A DNA stretch of 63,891 bases, filler included, from Mycoplasmatota bacterium (GTDB lineage Bacteria; Bacillota_I; Bacilli_A; RF39; UBA660), in NCBI GenBank assembly GCA_012727915.1. It is 5 parts of 5 records of this genome, joined end to end, with 100 filler letters (N's around TTAATTAATTAA, not from the genome) between each part and the next. Parts side by side here need not be neighbours in the genome. Positions count along the whole stretch, not along the records: positions 45,060 to 63,891 come from JAAYGD010000060.1; 4 more parts are not named here. One strand, written 5' to 3'. The notes below the pieces were generated by a model. The model searched no databases, was not told where the DNA came from, and saw only the letters and a program-made list of their open reading frames with translations. The first letter of the stretch is position 1. The number at the start of each line of letters is the position of its first letter. Made by a program: the position numbers and the translations under genes. Shown here piece after piece: positions 53,393 to 63,271 of this stretch.

Positions 53393-54641
53393 TTTTATGA
53401 CCTCCTATCAATTTATTTCTAGTTTTAGAAGTAGCTCCTTCTTCTAAATTTATACCTCTTAATATTGCATTCTTTCCATGTTTAATCTTTATATTATTTA
53501 TAATCTTTTCTATTTTTTGTTCTTCTTCTATTTCAATTTGATTAGAAAACAAATCTAATTGTTCAAACTTTTTATTTCCAATATTTAAAAATGCAATTCC
53601 TATTTTTCTAATTAAGATTTCTTTATTTACAATTTTTTCATATAAATCTAGAAAATATTCTAGCATTATAGAATATACATTGGTAGTTTCTATCATCTTC
53701 AATGTACCTTTACTACTCTTTATTTTATCCTTTGAATATCCAATATATAGATATATCGAATCTGTAACTAAATCCCTTCTGACTAGTTCTAAACTTCCTA
53801 TATCAACCATTTCTTTTACTATCAATTTAGCTTTATTATAGTTATAATCTTCAAACAATATTTGACTAAATGATAATGAATTGGATTTTGGTTTATATTC
53901 TTTTATTTCCTTTATAGTGCATTTTTCTATACCATTAGAATGATCTATTAATGACTTTGCATTTATCCCAAATTCTTTATATAGTTTATATTCTTCACAA
54001 TTAGATATATCATACATATTATTTATACCCATATTATTTAATCTTTTTTGAATACCTCTTCCTATTTGCCAAAAATCACTTAAAGGTTCATGATACCATA
54101 ATTCTTTTTTATATAATTCTTCATTTAAAAATCCAACATTATCTTTTGTTCTTTTTGCAATTATATCGAGCGCAATTTTCGACAAATACATATTTGTTCC
54201 TATACCAGCACTTGCAGTTATACCAGTTTCTTTAAATATTGTATCAGTTATCATTTTACATAAATTTATATAATCATTTTTATATAAATTCAAATAATTA
54301 GTAACATCTAAAAAAGCTTCATCTATAGAGTAAACATGAACATCATCTTTATGGACATATTTTAAATATATAGAATACATCTTGGAAGAATATTCCATAT
54401 ATACTTTCATTCTTGGAGAAGCCACAATATAACTTATATTTTTAGGTATTTCGTATACTCTACATCTGTTTCTTACACCTAATTTCTTCATAGCGGGAGA
54501 TACTGCCAAACATATCGCACCATTTCCTCTAGAAGGATCTGCCACAACTAAATTTGCAATAAACGGATCTAATTTTCTTTCTACACATTCTACAGACGCA
54601 AAGAATGATTTTAAATCAATACAAAAATATATCTTCTCCAT
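53382..54641 (-). CDS. Y-family translesion DNA polymerase (UvrX/ImpB-like)
   Basis: CIDLKSFFASVEC, YSIDEAFLD, GIGTN.YL.K.ALD, RNKLIGGH. Confidence 0.93.
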   Translation of the reverse strand: MEKIYFCIDLKSFFASVECVERKLDPFIANLVVADPSRGNGAICLAVSPAMKKLGVRNRCRVYEIPKNISYIVASPRMKVYMEYSSKMYSIYLKYVHKDDVHVYSIDEAFLDVTNYLNLYKNDYINLCKMITDTIFKETGITASAGIGTNMYLSKIALDIIAKRTKDNVGFLNEELYKKELWYHEPLSDFWQIGRGIQKRLNNMGINNMYDISNCEEYKLYKEFGINAKSLIDHSNGIEKCTIKEIKEYKPKSNSLSFSQILFEDYNYNKAKLIVKEMVDIGSLELVRRDLVTDSIYLYIGYSKDKIKSSKGTLKMIETTNVYSIMLEYFLDLYEKIVNKEILIRKIGIAFLNIGNKKFEQLDLFSNQIEIEEEQKIEKIINNIKIKHGKNAILRGINLEEGATSKTRNKLIGGHKSGE

Positions 54642-54668
54642 ATTTACCCCTCAGTTATATCCAATATC

Positions 54669-54697
54669 ATTTTATCGAACAATTGTTCGTTTGTCAA
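54669..54697 (-). promoter_or_regulatory. SigA promoter with SOS box between -35 and -10
   Basis: TTGACA (54692-54697), 17 bp, TAAAAT (54669-54674); CGAACAATTGTTCG at 54676-54689. Confidence 0.88.
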
Positions 54698-54702
54698 TGA
54701 TA

Positions 54703-54728
54703 AAAAGTAGATATTTGCATATCTATTT
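54703..54728 (-). terminator. Terminator after P-type ATPase
   Basis: AAAAGTAGATAT-TTGC-ATATCTATTTT. Confidence 0.65.
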
Positions 54729-57229
54729 TATAATTTGTTTTTATTAATAATTTTTATTAAGTCATACCATATTGTACTTATAACTGCAACAATAATAGTT
54801 AATAATAATTGATATATACTAAGTGGTGTTGTTCCCACAATTTTTTGAAAGAAAGGAACATATATAATAATAAATAATAATAAAACTATTCCTAATACAA
54901 CTCTTAAAATTACTTTATCTTTTAAAGTGGAAATAAAATTATTAATTGATAAATCTTTACTGCTATTTACAAATACAATAAATAGGTTTGAAAGAATTAA
55001 AGTGGATATTGAAAAAGTTAAAGCAAGTTCTTGAGAATATCCATTTTTTATCATATAAATATAACTTCCAATAAATGAAATAGATATAATTAGACCTTGA
55101 ATAATATATGTAATTATATTTTTATAATTTAGTAATTTTTCATTAATATTTCTTGGATTTTTTTTCATTATATCTTTATCTGCTTGACATCTTTCAAATA
55201 CAATTGAAGCTGTAGGATCGATAATTAATTCAAGTAACACTATATGAATAGGAAATAATAATATTGGTAAATTAAATAAAGGTATTATAACTGCTGCTAG
55301 TGCAATTGGTATATGAATTATTAATACATATCCAATAGCTTTTCTTATGTTTTCATAGACTCTTCTTCCATTTTTAATTGCAACTACTATTGTTTTAAAA
55401 TTATCATCCAAAAGTACTAATTTCGATGATTCTTTTGCAACTTCAGTACCTCTTTTTCCCATAGAAATTCCAACATCGGCTTTCTTTAAAGCCGTAGCAT
55501 CGTTAACTCCATCTCCGGTCATTGCAACTATCATATTGTTCTTTTGTAATGCATTTACTATTCTCATTTTATGATTAGGATATACTCTTGCAAAAATTGT
55601 TACTTTTTTTACAATTTCATCTAGCTCTTTATCATTCATTTGCTCTAATTCTTCACCAGTAATAATTTTATCACTATCTTTTAAACCAATTTCATTACAA
55701 ATTGCTTTTGCAGTTTCTCCGTTGTCTCCAGTTATCATTACAACTTTAATTCCAGCATCATAACAATTTTCTATGGCTTCTTTTACGCCATATCTTGGGG
55801 GATCTGATATTGCTAATAAACCCAAAAAGGATAATTTATAATCATATAAGTTTTTCTTTATTCTTTTAAAATTAGTAGATGCTACGGCAATTACTCTATA
55901 TCCTTTATTAGTAAAGTTCTTGTTAATTTCTTTAATCTTTTCTTTTTCGCCATCACTTAGTTCGCATAAAGAAATAATTTTTTCATAAGCACCTTTAGCA
56001 TACGCTATATAAGAATTATTATTTTTGTAAACATGAGCCATTATTTTTGATTCTGAACTAAAAGAATATTCATAAAAAGGATTATTATTTTTTAATTTTG
56101 AGGTCATTTTTTCTTTACAAAAAGAAATAATTGCTTGTTCCATAGGATCATAAGCTTCATTCTCACATGATAAAAAGCTAGCATTGACAAGTTTTTCAAA
56201 TGTATCATGATTATATGAATCTACAACAGTCATTTTGTTTTCTGTTATTGTTCCTGTTTTATCAACACATATTACTGAAATGGATCCTAAAGTTTCTATT
56301 ACACTTGTTTTACGTACTAAAGATTTTTGTTTTGATATTAAATATGAACCCATTGTTAAAAATACTGTTAATATTACTGGTAATTCTTCTGGTATGGTTG
56401 CCATAGCAATAGTAATACCCGCGATTATTGAATCAGCAATTCTATTAAATAATGAAGTTGAATTTTCAATGTTATTAATGAAAGAAATAACAAATACTAA
56501 AAACATAAATATAATACTAACAAATGCCCATATTTTAATTAATTTTCTTGTTTGTTTTTCTAATAATGTTTGTGGTTCTTGAATATTTTTTAAAGCATTT
56601 CCTATTTTTCCATGTTCAGTATTTAATCCTACTTGAGTAACAATTAAGACTGCTTCTCCTCCAGTAACAGTTGTTCCAGAATAACATTTATTTTTTTTAA
56701 AATACTCTTTTTCTTCATTTATATTTAATTTTATTTTTTTCCATACAATTGCTGATTCACCAGTTAAAGTTGACTCATTAACTCCAAAATCACGACATTC
56801 TAATATGTCTCCATCAGCATTTATTACATTGCCTTCTTGAAGAAATAATATATCACCCACTACCAGGTCTTCACTACTTATTTCAATAAGTTTACTATCT
56901 CTAATAACTTTGTTTTTTGAACTAGATAATTTTTTCAATTCATCTAAAGCTTTATCTGTTTTATATTCTTGATAAAAAGAAATTATCGCAATAAACATTA
57001 TAAAAACAAACATTATTATGCTATCAAAATATTCACCTAATAAAATATAAATAAAAGATAAACCTAATAGCAATAAAAACATAGGTTCTTTAAATATATT
57101 TATTAATTTAATAAATAAACTTTCTTTTTTTATGTCTCCTAAAACATTTAATCCATTTATTTTTTTTGAATTTTTCACTTCTTCAATTGATAAACCCAAA
57201 TAGTTCCCTTTAAAATTGCCAACTTTCAT
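54728..57229 (-). CDS. Cation-translocating P-type ATPase (type II-like)
   Basis: TGES, IPEELP, DKTGT, MITGD, GDGVND. Confidence 0.93.
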   Translation of the reverse strand: MKVGNFKGNYLGLSIEEVKNSKKINGLNVLGDIKKESLFIKLINIFKEPMFLLLLGLSFIYILLGEYFDSIIMFVFIMFIAIISFYQEYKTDKALDELKKLSSSKNKVIRDSKLIEISSEDLVVGDILFLQEGNVINADGDILECRDFGVNESTLTGESAIVWKKIKLNINEEKEYFKKNKCYSGTTVTGGEAVLIVTQVGLNTEHGKIGNALKNIQEPQTLLEKQTRKLIKIWAFVSIIFMFLVFVISFINNIENSTSLFNRIADSIIAGITIAMATIPEELPVILTVFLTMGSYLISKQKSLVRKTSVIETLGSISVICVDKTGTITENKMTVVDSYNHDTFEKLVNASFLSCENEAYDPMEQAIISFCKEKMTSKLKNNNPFYEYSFSSESKIMAHVYKNNNSYIAYAKGAYEKIISLCELSDGEKEKIKEINKNFTNKGYRVIAVASTNFKRIKKNLYDYKLSFLGLLAISDPPRYGVKEAIENCYDAGIKVVMITGDNGETAKAICNEIGLKDSDKIITGEELEQMNDKELDEIVKKVTIFARVYPNHKMRIVNALQKNNMIVAMTGDGVNDATALKKADVGISMGKRGTEVAKESSKLVLLDDNFKTIVVAIKNGRRVYENIRKAIGYVLIIHIPIALAAVIIPLFNLPILLFPIHIVLLELIIDPTASIVFERCQADKDIMKKNPRNINEKLLNYKNIITYIIQGLIISISFIGSYIYMIKNGYSQELALTFSISTLILSNLFIVFVNSSKDLSINNFISTLKDKVILRVVLGIVLLLFIIIYVPFFQKIVGTTPLSIYQLLLTIIVAVISTIWYDLIKIINKNKL

Positions 57230-57286
57230 TGTATCCTCCAAATTGATTTTTTATTAATAATTATATCACTATTTATTTAATAAATA

Positions 57287-57311
57287 AAAAATTGCATTAA
57301 GCAATTTTTTT
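57287..57311 (-). terminator. Terminator after beta-propeller gene
   Basis: AAAAATTGC-ATTAA-GCAATTTTTT. Confidence 0.65.
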
Positions 57312-59238
57312 AATCTTCTTCTATTTGATTAGTTATTCCTTCTTCAGGTTCACTAATATTATTTTCTCCACCCTCAACTTCTTCTTCGGGATTTGTCTCT
57401 TCTTCCGGTTTTACATCTTCATTAATAATTTTCTTGTCTAAATCTAATGTATCTCCACTTTCAAGAGTGCTTAAATTTAAAGATATTAATTTAAATTGAT
57501 TAGATGCGTATAAATAATCATTTATATATAATCCTCTAACGCTTCCATAAAAATAATATTCCTCATCATAAGAGAATTTAATCTCTCCTATTTTTTCAAA
57601 ACCAACATTATCTATAAATCTATAAGCAACATAATCATTATTAATTGGAAATCCTATTATATTTTTATCTTTCGATACTAATATAGCTTTATGATTATAA
57701 GAAGATTCTGACCATGAATATTGATCTCCAATAACTAATTTATACTTTTCTTTTACATCTTCTTTATTTTGAATATCAAACATTGATATTTTCATGCCTG
57801 TAGTTCTACCATCTTTATCAGCTTCTCTTCCTAATCCAAATAAATATTTTTCATCGTAAACATGCAAATATTCAGAAAAACCAGGAATCTTAAGTTCAGA
57901 CTTAATATTAGGATTGTTTGGATTTGATAAATCTACTACAAATAGAGGATCTACTTGTTTAAATGTAACAAAGTACGCTATTTCTTTATCAAATCTTACT
58001 GAGTAGATTCTTTCTCCTTTTGCTAAACCTTCTATTTTACCAATAATTTTTAAATCTTTATCTAAAACATATAAGTTGTTTTTTGTTTGATTTATATCTG
58101 GTGCAATATCTGATGAAATGGTATCATCTTCTGAAATAACTTCTTCTTTTTCTAAAATAGTATAATCATTAGAAGTAGTTACAATTCTAAAATTACCATT
58201 ATATTCATCCATAGAAAATTGATTTAAAATATTACCATTAACTGATCCAGTAGCGTCTATATTTAATACTCCATTATTCATAGAAAATTTTACTAAACTT
58301 GTTTTTGAAACATAAGTATTATTAATTTTCTCACTACTATAACCAGATACATATAAATTATCTAAATCAGCATATATATTAGATGAAGACCCTAATACAG
58401 CTTTTGAAGATATAAATTTATTTGAATTATTTATATCCATTCCAGTTACAGTTAAATAGCTTTTAGAATCTGGATTCGGTAAAATCAATATATCATCAAC
58501 TGCAATCGTTTCTGTTTTTTCTGATTTAATTTGAGGAACATAAGTAGTAAAATCATCTTCTACAATATCATTATATACATAATGATTTGTAGTAACATAT
58601 AAATAATTGTTTATTAATCTTGAAGAAATATAAGATCCACTTTGAGATAATTCATTTATTTTAAATGGATTAGTCTTGTCAGTTACATCATATACTCCAA
58701 TTGCAACTTCTTGATTACCTCCCCAATAATATCTTGGCATTATATCCATTGAGCCATAATCATAATATTGAGATACTCCTTTTATAATAATTAACTTATT
58801 ATTACTTAAATACATCTCTTGAAAATGATATTGTTTATCTCCTATTTTTTCTTGTGCATTTAATTTTGAAACAATATTGGTTTTTCCATCATTGGTTTCA
58901 ACAATATATAAATTATCATTTCCTATTATATATATATATTTACCATCAGTTTTAATAATATCAGCTTCATCCACTCCAGAAACCTGAATGTTAGTTTCTG
59001 AATAATCAGATTCTCCTTTTGAGACTGAAGGCGCTAAATCACCTAAATTTTGATCCTCAGCATAAACTCTATTATCTTCCATTTCTTTTAATAGAGTATA
59101 TAATTCATCATAAGATTCAGGACTTTTAAATATAATTTTTGTATTATCTACCTTTAATAAATAAATACCCACAATTGTAACTAACATAATAACTGCAAAA
59201 CCACCAAATAAAATAAATTTATTTTTTAAATTTTCCAT
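57310..59238 (-). CDS. Membrane-anchored beta-propeller domain protein
   Basis: YSETNIQVSGVDEADIIKTDGKYIY, NQFSMDEY, GERIYSVRF, VTFKQVDPLF, ELKIPGFSEYLH. Confidence 0.9.
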   Translation of the reverse strand: MENLKNKFILFGGFAVIMLVTIVGIYLLKVDNTKIIFKSPESYDELYTLLKEMEDNRVYAEDQNLGDLAPSVSKGESDYSETNIQVSGVDEADIIKTDGKYIYIIGNDNLYIVETNDGKTNIVSKLNAQEKIGDKQYHFQEMYLSNNKLIIIKGVSQYYDYGSMDIMPRYYWGGNQEVAIGVYDVTDKTNPFKINELSQSGSYISSRLINNYLYVTTNHYVYNDIVEDDFTTYVPQIKSEKTETIAVDDILILPNPDSKSYLTVTGMDINNSNKFISSKAVLGSSSNIYADLDNLYVSGYSSEKINNTYVSKTSLVKFSMNNGVLNIDATGSVNGNILNQFSMDEYNGNFRIVTTSNDYTILEKEEVISEDDTISSDIAPDINQTKNNLYVLDKDLKIIGKIEGLAKGERIYSVRFDKEIAYFVTFKQVDPLFVVDLSNPNNPNIKSELKIPGFSEYLHVYDEKYLFGLGREADKDGRTTGMKISMFDIQNKEDVKEKYKLVIGDQYSWSESSYNHKAILVSKDKNIIGFPINNDYVAYRFIDNVGFEKIGEIKFSYDEEYYFYGSVRGLYINDYLYASNQFKLISLNLSTLESGDTLDLDKKIINEDVKPEEETNPEEEVEGGENNISEPEEGITNQIEED

Positions 59239-59297
59239 AAAACTCCTTTTCTATTATATATATTATACATCAACATTATTTAAATATAAATACAGAG

Positions 59298-59507
59298 TTA
59301 TTTTTTTAATTGTTTATTTATATCTTTATTAATTCTAATATTTTGATAGTTATTATCATTAGTAACTTCATTTAATATTTTTAATTCTTCAGGGAATGAT
59401 AATTCTACATTTTCTTCTGTAGGTTCAACCTCTAGCAACGCTAATTCACTATCTTTAAATTTCTTATTAACCTCAATACTTCCTATGCCTAATTTTTTCT
59501 TAGCCAT
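59298..59507 (-). CDS. Small hypothetical protein
   Basis: GAGGTG RBS; translationally coupled to upstream ORF (TAATG overlap). Confidence 0.65.
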   Translation of the reverse strand: MAKKKLGIGSIEVNKKFKDSELALLEVEPTEENVELSFPEELKILNEVTNDNNYQNIRINKDINKQLKK

Positions 59508-59800
59508 TATAACACCTCGTTTCTTATATGTTTTAACAAGGTTTCAAATTTTCTAATATCTATTGGCATTCTTCTATTATATAAAAACATATTATCTTTA
59601 TCATAATAGATTATTAATAATTTATATTCTTTAGTAGTTATTATTATTTTATGAGGCTCTATAAAACTAACATTAGTTTTTTTAACGTTAATTATATGTC
59701 CTTCTATAACTTCCATCTTTGAAGCATTATAACTACAAATTGTTCCTATTCTTTTTTCTAAATACTCATTTCTGACTAAATTTTTACTTAAAATTTCCAT
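59507..59800 (-). CDS. Small hypothetical protein
   Basis: Start reassigned to MEILSK after AAGGAGTGG; the longer ORF-track start runs through a terminator. Confidence 0.6.
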   Translation of the reverse strand: MEILSKNLVRNEYLEKRIGTICSYNASKMEVIEGHIINVKKTNVSFIEPHKIIITTKEYKLLIIYYDKDNMFLYNRRMPIDIRKFETLLKHIRNEVL

Positions 59801-59828
59801 TTTTTTCCACTCCTTTTTTGTAAAACAA

Positions 59829-59863
59829 AAACCGTGAAATCTCTTTAATTTCCACGGTTTTTC
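59829..59863. terminator. Terminator downstream of the tRNA 3' fragment
   Basis: AAAAACCGTG..CACGGTTTTT inverted repeat. Confidence 0.65.
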
Positions 59864-59900
59864 TATGTTTCGCTCCAATAATTTGGAGTTTGTTTTCTAA

Positions 59901-59917
59901 TGGTCGGGAAAACAGGA
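59901..59917 (-). mobile_element. att core: duplicated 3' end of tRNA-Pro marking an island boundary
   Basis: Minus strand TCCTGTTTTCCCGACCA matches the 3' end of Bacilli tRNA-Pro (..TCCTGTCTTCCCGACCA); no TTCGA loop or 5' half present. Confidence 0.75.
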
Positions 59918-60084
59918 GGGCTAGATTGAGATTCTATAAAAGTCTAATCCCTTATAATATAAGGCCTAAACGACTTTATGCTTCTTCTCAAAACTGTCAA
60001 TTTCGACTATTTTCGGAAGTTTTAAGGGGGATTTAAGGGGCGAATTATTTATATAAATATCAACATTTGATTTTCTAATTGTTA

Positions 60085-62868
60085 TTAATATTGTAATAAT
60101 TCAACAGGAAATTTTTCTATTAATTCAAATTCAATTTCATGATTAAATTTTCCTTTTTCAGTTTCTTTTACTTCAGATATTTTAGATATCTTCACTTCAC
60201 CTAAGTTAAAATATGCTGTACTTGTATAACCTAAATGTGGGAATTGGGCACAAACTTTAAATTTATAATTGTCTTTTATAAACATGTCTATTTTTTCTGT
60301 TGCTTTTAATTCAGTTTTTGATCCTTGTGTATAATAAACAAATTTATGATCGCCAACAATATAATTATCATAAAAAGATTCTTTCCTTGTTATTTTAATC
60401 GGGCAATATACAGTTTTTTTATCACTATCAATTCTTTCTCCAACACCATTCATATAGCAATCTTTGCTACCTGAATTAAATAGAAACTCACCTTTATCAA
60501 CCAAATCAAATGGCTTCATTACATAATGGCTTTGATTGCTCAAATATTCAAAAAGTTCGATGTGTTCATCTAATAACTTTCTTGCATTATTTTTTTCTAG
60601 TTCATTATATATTATATTGTTAAAAATTAAGTAGTTGCCATCATAACCAAAAACTTTTGGATTGTTTTTAGACATTTTATAATAATCACTAAAAATAAAA
60701 GTTGAAATTCCATTTGTCGCTTCTGTTGGGAGTAGAACTTTTTCTAAAATATTATTTTTTACTTTCTCTCCTTTTAAAATTTTTACATAATCTTTTAATG
60801 TTTCATTGTCATATCCTCTAAAAACAAATTGAGAAATTAGTGTAAAAAAATCATTAACAAAGTTATTGTTTTTTTCTATAGAATATTTTTTATAATAATA
60901 TTCTTCGAATGGATCATAAAAATTTCTAAACAATAGTTGCATCAAATCCAATTCTTTAAAATTCGGGTTTTTATATAATTCAAGCAATGTAGGGATTTCT
61001 TCAAATCTGAATAGTTCATCTCTAAATTTTTCTTTAATTTTAGTTTTAACAGTAAAATTATTAGAAATGGATTTTATTATATTCTCCATTACTTGTTTTT
61101 CTATTTGTACATTTATAAAAGGCGAAACTGTTTTAAATTCTTCATTTGCATATTTATATAAGTTTCTTTTGTCCACTGTGGTATTGCCGGTCAAAACTTG
61201 AGCGATTGTATAATTATTTTTTGAATTACCAATTATATCAAAAATTGTTACATATTTATGTGGGTCACTTGTTTTTCTAAGGCCACGTCCTAATTGTTGT
61301 ATATACACAATTGAAGATACTGTGTTTCTAAGCATAATAATGGTGTTAATATCAGGAATATCTATTCCTTCATTAAACTTGTTAACCGTGCAAATAATTT
61401 CTAATGTGTTTTCAATATCTGATTTTAATTCTAAAATATTTTTTTCGGTTACATCTCTGTCATTTCCAGATTCTGAGCTTACCGAGGCGACGGATTTTAA
61501 TCCTATATTATTTAATTCCTCTGATATTGATTTTGCCTCTTCTATTGAGGAACAAAAAATCAAACATTTTAATTTTTCTCCATAGTGGCCTTTTTCATCT
61601 ATTATATTCTTTAGATACTTAGCTAACTCAATATAATCGTACTCTTCGTTTGTTTTTAGTAGATATTCTTTAAGCGCTAAACCATAATAAGTAAATGGAC
61701 AAACTAATTCGTGCTTCATTGCTTCAAGCAATCTAATTTCATATGGAATACTATATTTAAATGTTTTGAATAAATAATCAGGATTATCAGTTCTCTCTGG
61801 TGTAGCAGTTATTCCTAAAGTAAATTTTGGTTTGAAATATCCTAATAATTCACTATATTTTGTATCTAAACCAACTTTATGAGCTTCATCATAAATTATA
61901 TATTCAAAAAAATCACTTGGTACAACATTAAATAGACGATTATATGCTGTTTTATCCGTCGTAAAGATAAAATCTGAGCTAGCGATTTCTTCGATATTGT
62001 TAGAAAAAAGTTCTAACATCTTTTTATCATTAAAGACTTTTTTAAATGTTTTAATTGCTGATGTAAGAATAAGTCTATTGTGAACTAGAAATAAAACTTT
62101 TTTATATTTGCTGTTTTTGACATCAAATGCTGATAAATACGTTTTGCCTGTTCCAGTCGCAGCTATAACTAATCCCCTATCACTCGTCTCTCTACATTCT
62201 TCTAGTGACTTTAAAGCTTTTTCTTGCATATAATTAGCTTTAATTAAACCGCTGCCTTCTACTATATTTTCTATAGTTTTATTCATTTTTATATGTTCTT
62301 TATAAAGTTCTTTATATCCGTCTATATATTGTTGTGATACGAAATCTGAATACTGATCATTCCATAATTGCTCAAATGCTTCATTATACTTTTCTACTAT
62401 ATAACCTTTACTATCCGCATCTATTTCTACTGCCATTTCATGAACCAAACCGAAGGCTCTAGATGATATATTGGAACTTCCAATTAATAAGGTTCTTTTG
62501 GCATTGTTCTCAAAAGAATATGTTTTCAAATGAAATCCTTTAGCTCCATTTAAGGGCACATAAACTTTTACTTGCATATTTAATTCACTTAACTTTTGCA
62601 GTGACCTAGGATCAGTAACCATACCTTCAGTAGTTAATAATAATCTGCTACCTGAATCAAATCTTTTTAAGTCATCATATATTAATGACAATCCAGACCA
62701 TACAACATAACTAACAGCAATATCAACTCTACTAGATGATTGCAATAAGAATTGAATTCTATCTTTTATATTCTTTGTGTTTTCGTTTATAACTATGTTT
62801 GGATTATAAACTAAAGAATCTACTTCTTTATCAAATAGTGATTTTGTTACCGCTATATTCATTTCCAT
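60085..62868 (-). CDS. PLD nuclease-SF2 helicase, SauUSI-like type IV (modification-dependent) restriction enzyme
   Basis: FHLK..IGSSNIS PLD motif; ATGTGKT, DEAH, TATPER, FNEGIDIP, QQLGRGLR; C-terminal recognition-like domain. Confidence 0.8.
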   Translation of the reverse strand: MEMNIAVTKSLFDKEVDSLVYNPNIVINENTKNIKDRIQFLLQSSSRVDIAVSYVVWSGLSLIYDDLKRFDSGSRLLLTTEGMVTDPRSLQKLSELNMQVKVYVPLNGAKGFHLKTYSFENNAKRTLLIGSSNISSRAFGLVHEMAVEIDADSKGYIVEKYNEAFEQLWNDQYSDFVSQQYIDGYKELYKEHIKMNKTIENIVEGSGLIKANYMQEKALKSLEECRETSDRGLVIAATGTGKTYLSAFDVKNSKYKKVLFLVHNRLILTSAIKTFKKVFNDKKMLELFSNNIEEIASSDFIFTTDKTAYNRLFNVVPSDFFEYIIYDEAHKVGLDTKYSELLGYFKPKFTLGITATPERTDNPDYLFKTFKYSIPYEIRLLEAMKHELVCPFTYYGLALKEYLLKTNEEYDYIELAKYLKNIIDEKGHYGEKLKCLIFCSSIEEAKSISEELNNIGLKSVASVSSESGNDRDVTEKNILELKSDIENTLEIICTVNKFNEGIDIPDINTIIMLRNTVSSIVYIQQLGRGLRKTSDPHKYVTIFDIIGNSKNNYTIAQVLTGNTTVDKRNLYKYANEEFKTVSPFINVQIEKQVMENIIKSISNNFTVKTKIKEKFRDELFRFEEIPTLLELYKNPNFKELDLMQLLFRNFYDPFEEYYYKKYSIEKNNNFVNDFFTLISQFVFRGYDNETLKDYVKILKGEKVKNNILEKVLLPTEATNGISTFIFSDYYKMSKNNPKVFGYDGNYLIFNNIIYNELEKNNARKLLDEHIELFEYLSNQSHYVMKPFDLVDKGEFLFNSGSKDCYMNGVGERIDSDKKTVYCPIKITRKESFYDNYIVGDHKFVYYTQGSKTELKATEKIDMFIKDNYKFKVCAQFPHLGYTSTAYFNLGEVKISKISEVKETEKGKFNHEIEFELIEKFPVELLQY

Positions 62869-62875
62869 AATGTAC

Positions 62876-63271
62876 CTACCTTACTAATTTTTTAAGTTTT
62901 TCTACTACTTCTATGTCTGCCGGTAACCAATCTACCGAAGATAATTTATCTTTTGTTAACCATTTTGCATCGCTGTGTTCAACAAGAATAATTTTATTTT
63001 CCTTTAAATGACATAAATAACAATGCATAATTAAATGGAAATTTGGGTAATCATAATTAACTGTAGTTATAAATTCTTCTAGTTCAATATCTGCATCTAG
63101 TTCTTCTTTTATTTCTCTCACCAAGGCTTCTTCTTGAGTCTCGTTTCCTTCAATTTTTCCACCTGGAAACTCCCACATACCTATAAAATCTCCATATCCA
63201 CGCCTAGTAGCTAAAATCTTATCTCCATCTTGTATTACTGCCGCAACAACCTCAATATCTTTCATAAACAT
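62876..63271 (-). CDS. MutT-like (deoxy)nucleoside triphosphate pyrophosphohydrolase
   Basis: WEFPGGKIE.NETQEEALVREIKEEL, WLPAD; 7 bp upstream of the helicase. Confidence 0.9.
   Translation of the reverse strand: MFMKDIEVVAAVIQDGDKILATRRGYGDFIGMWEFPGGKIEGNETQEEALVREIKEELDADIELEEFITTVNYDYPNFHLIMHCYLCHLKENKIILVEHSDAKWLTKDKLSSVDWLPADIEVVEKLKKLVR

Noticed and set aside
59801..59878. N-terminal extension of the 123-aa ORF
   Set aside because: Runs through a terminator hairpin; better RBS precedes ATG at 59800
59880..59990. Possible full tRNA gene
   Set aside because: Only the last 17 nt match; no T-loop, anticodon arm or D arm, so called an att site
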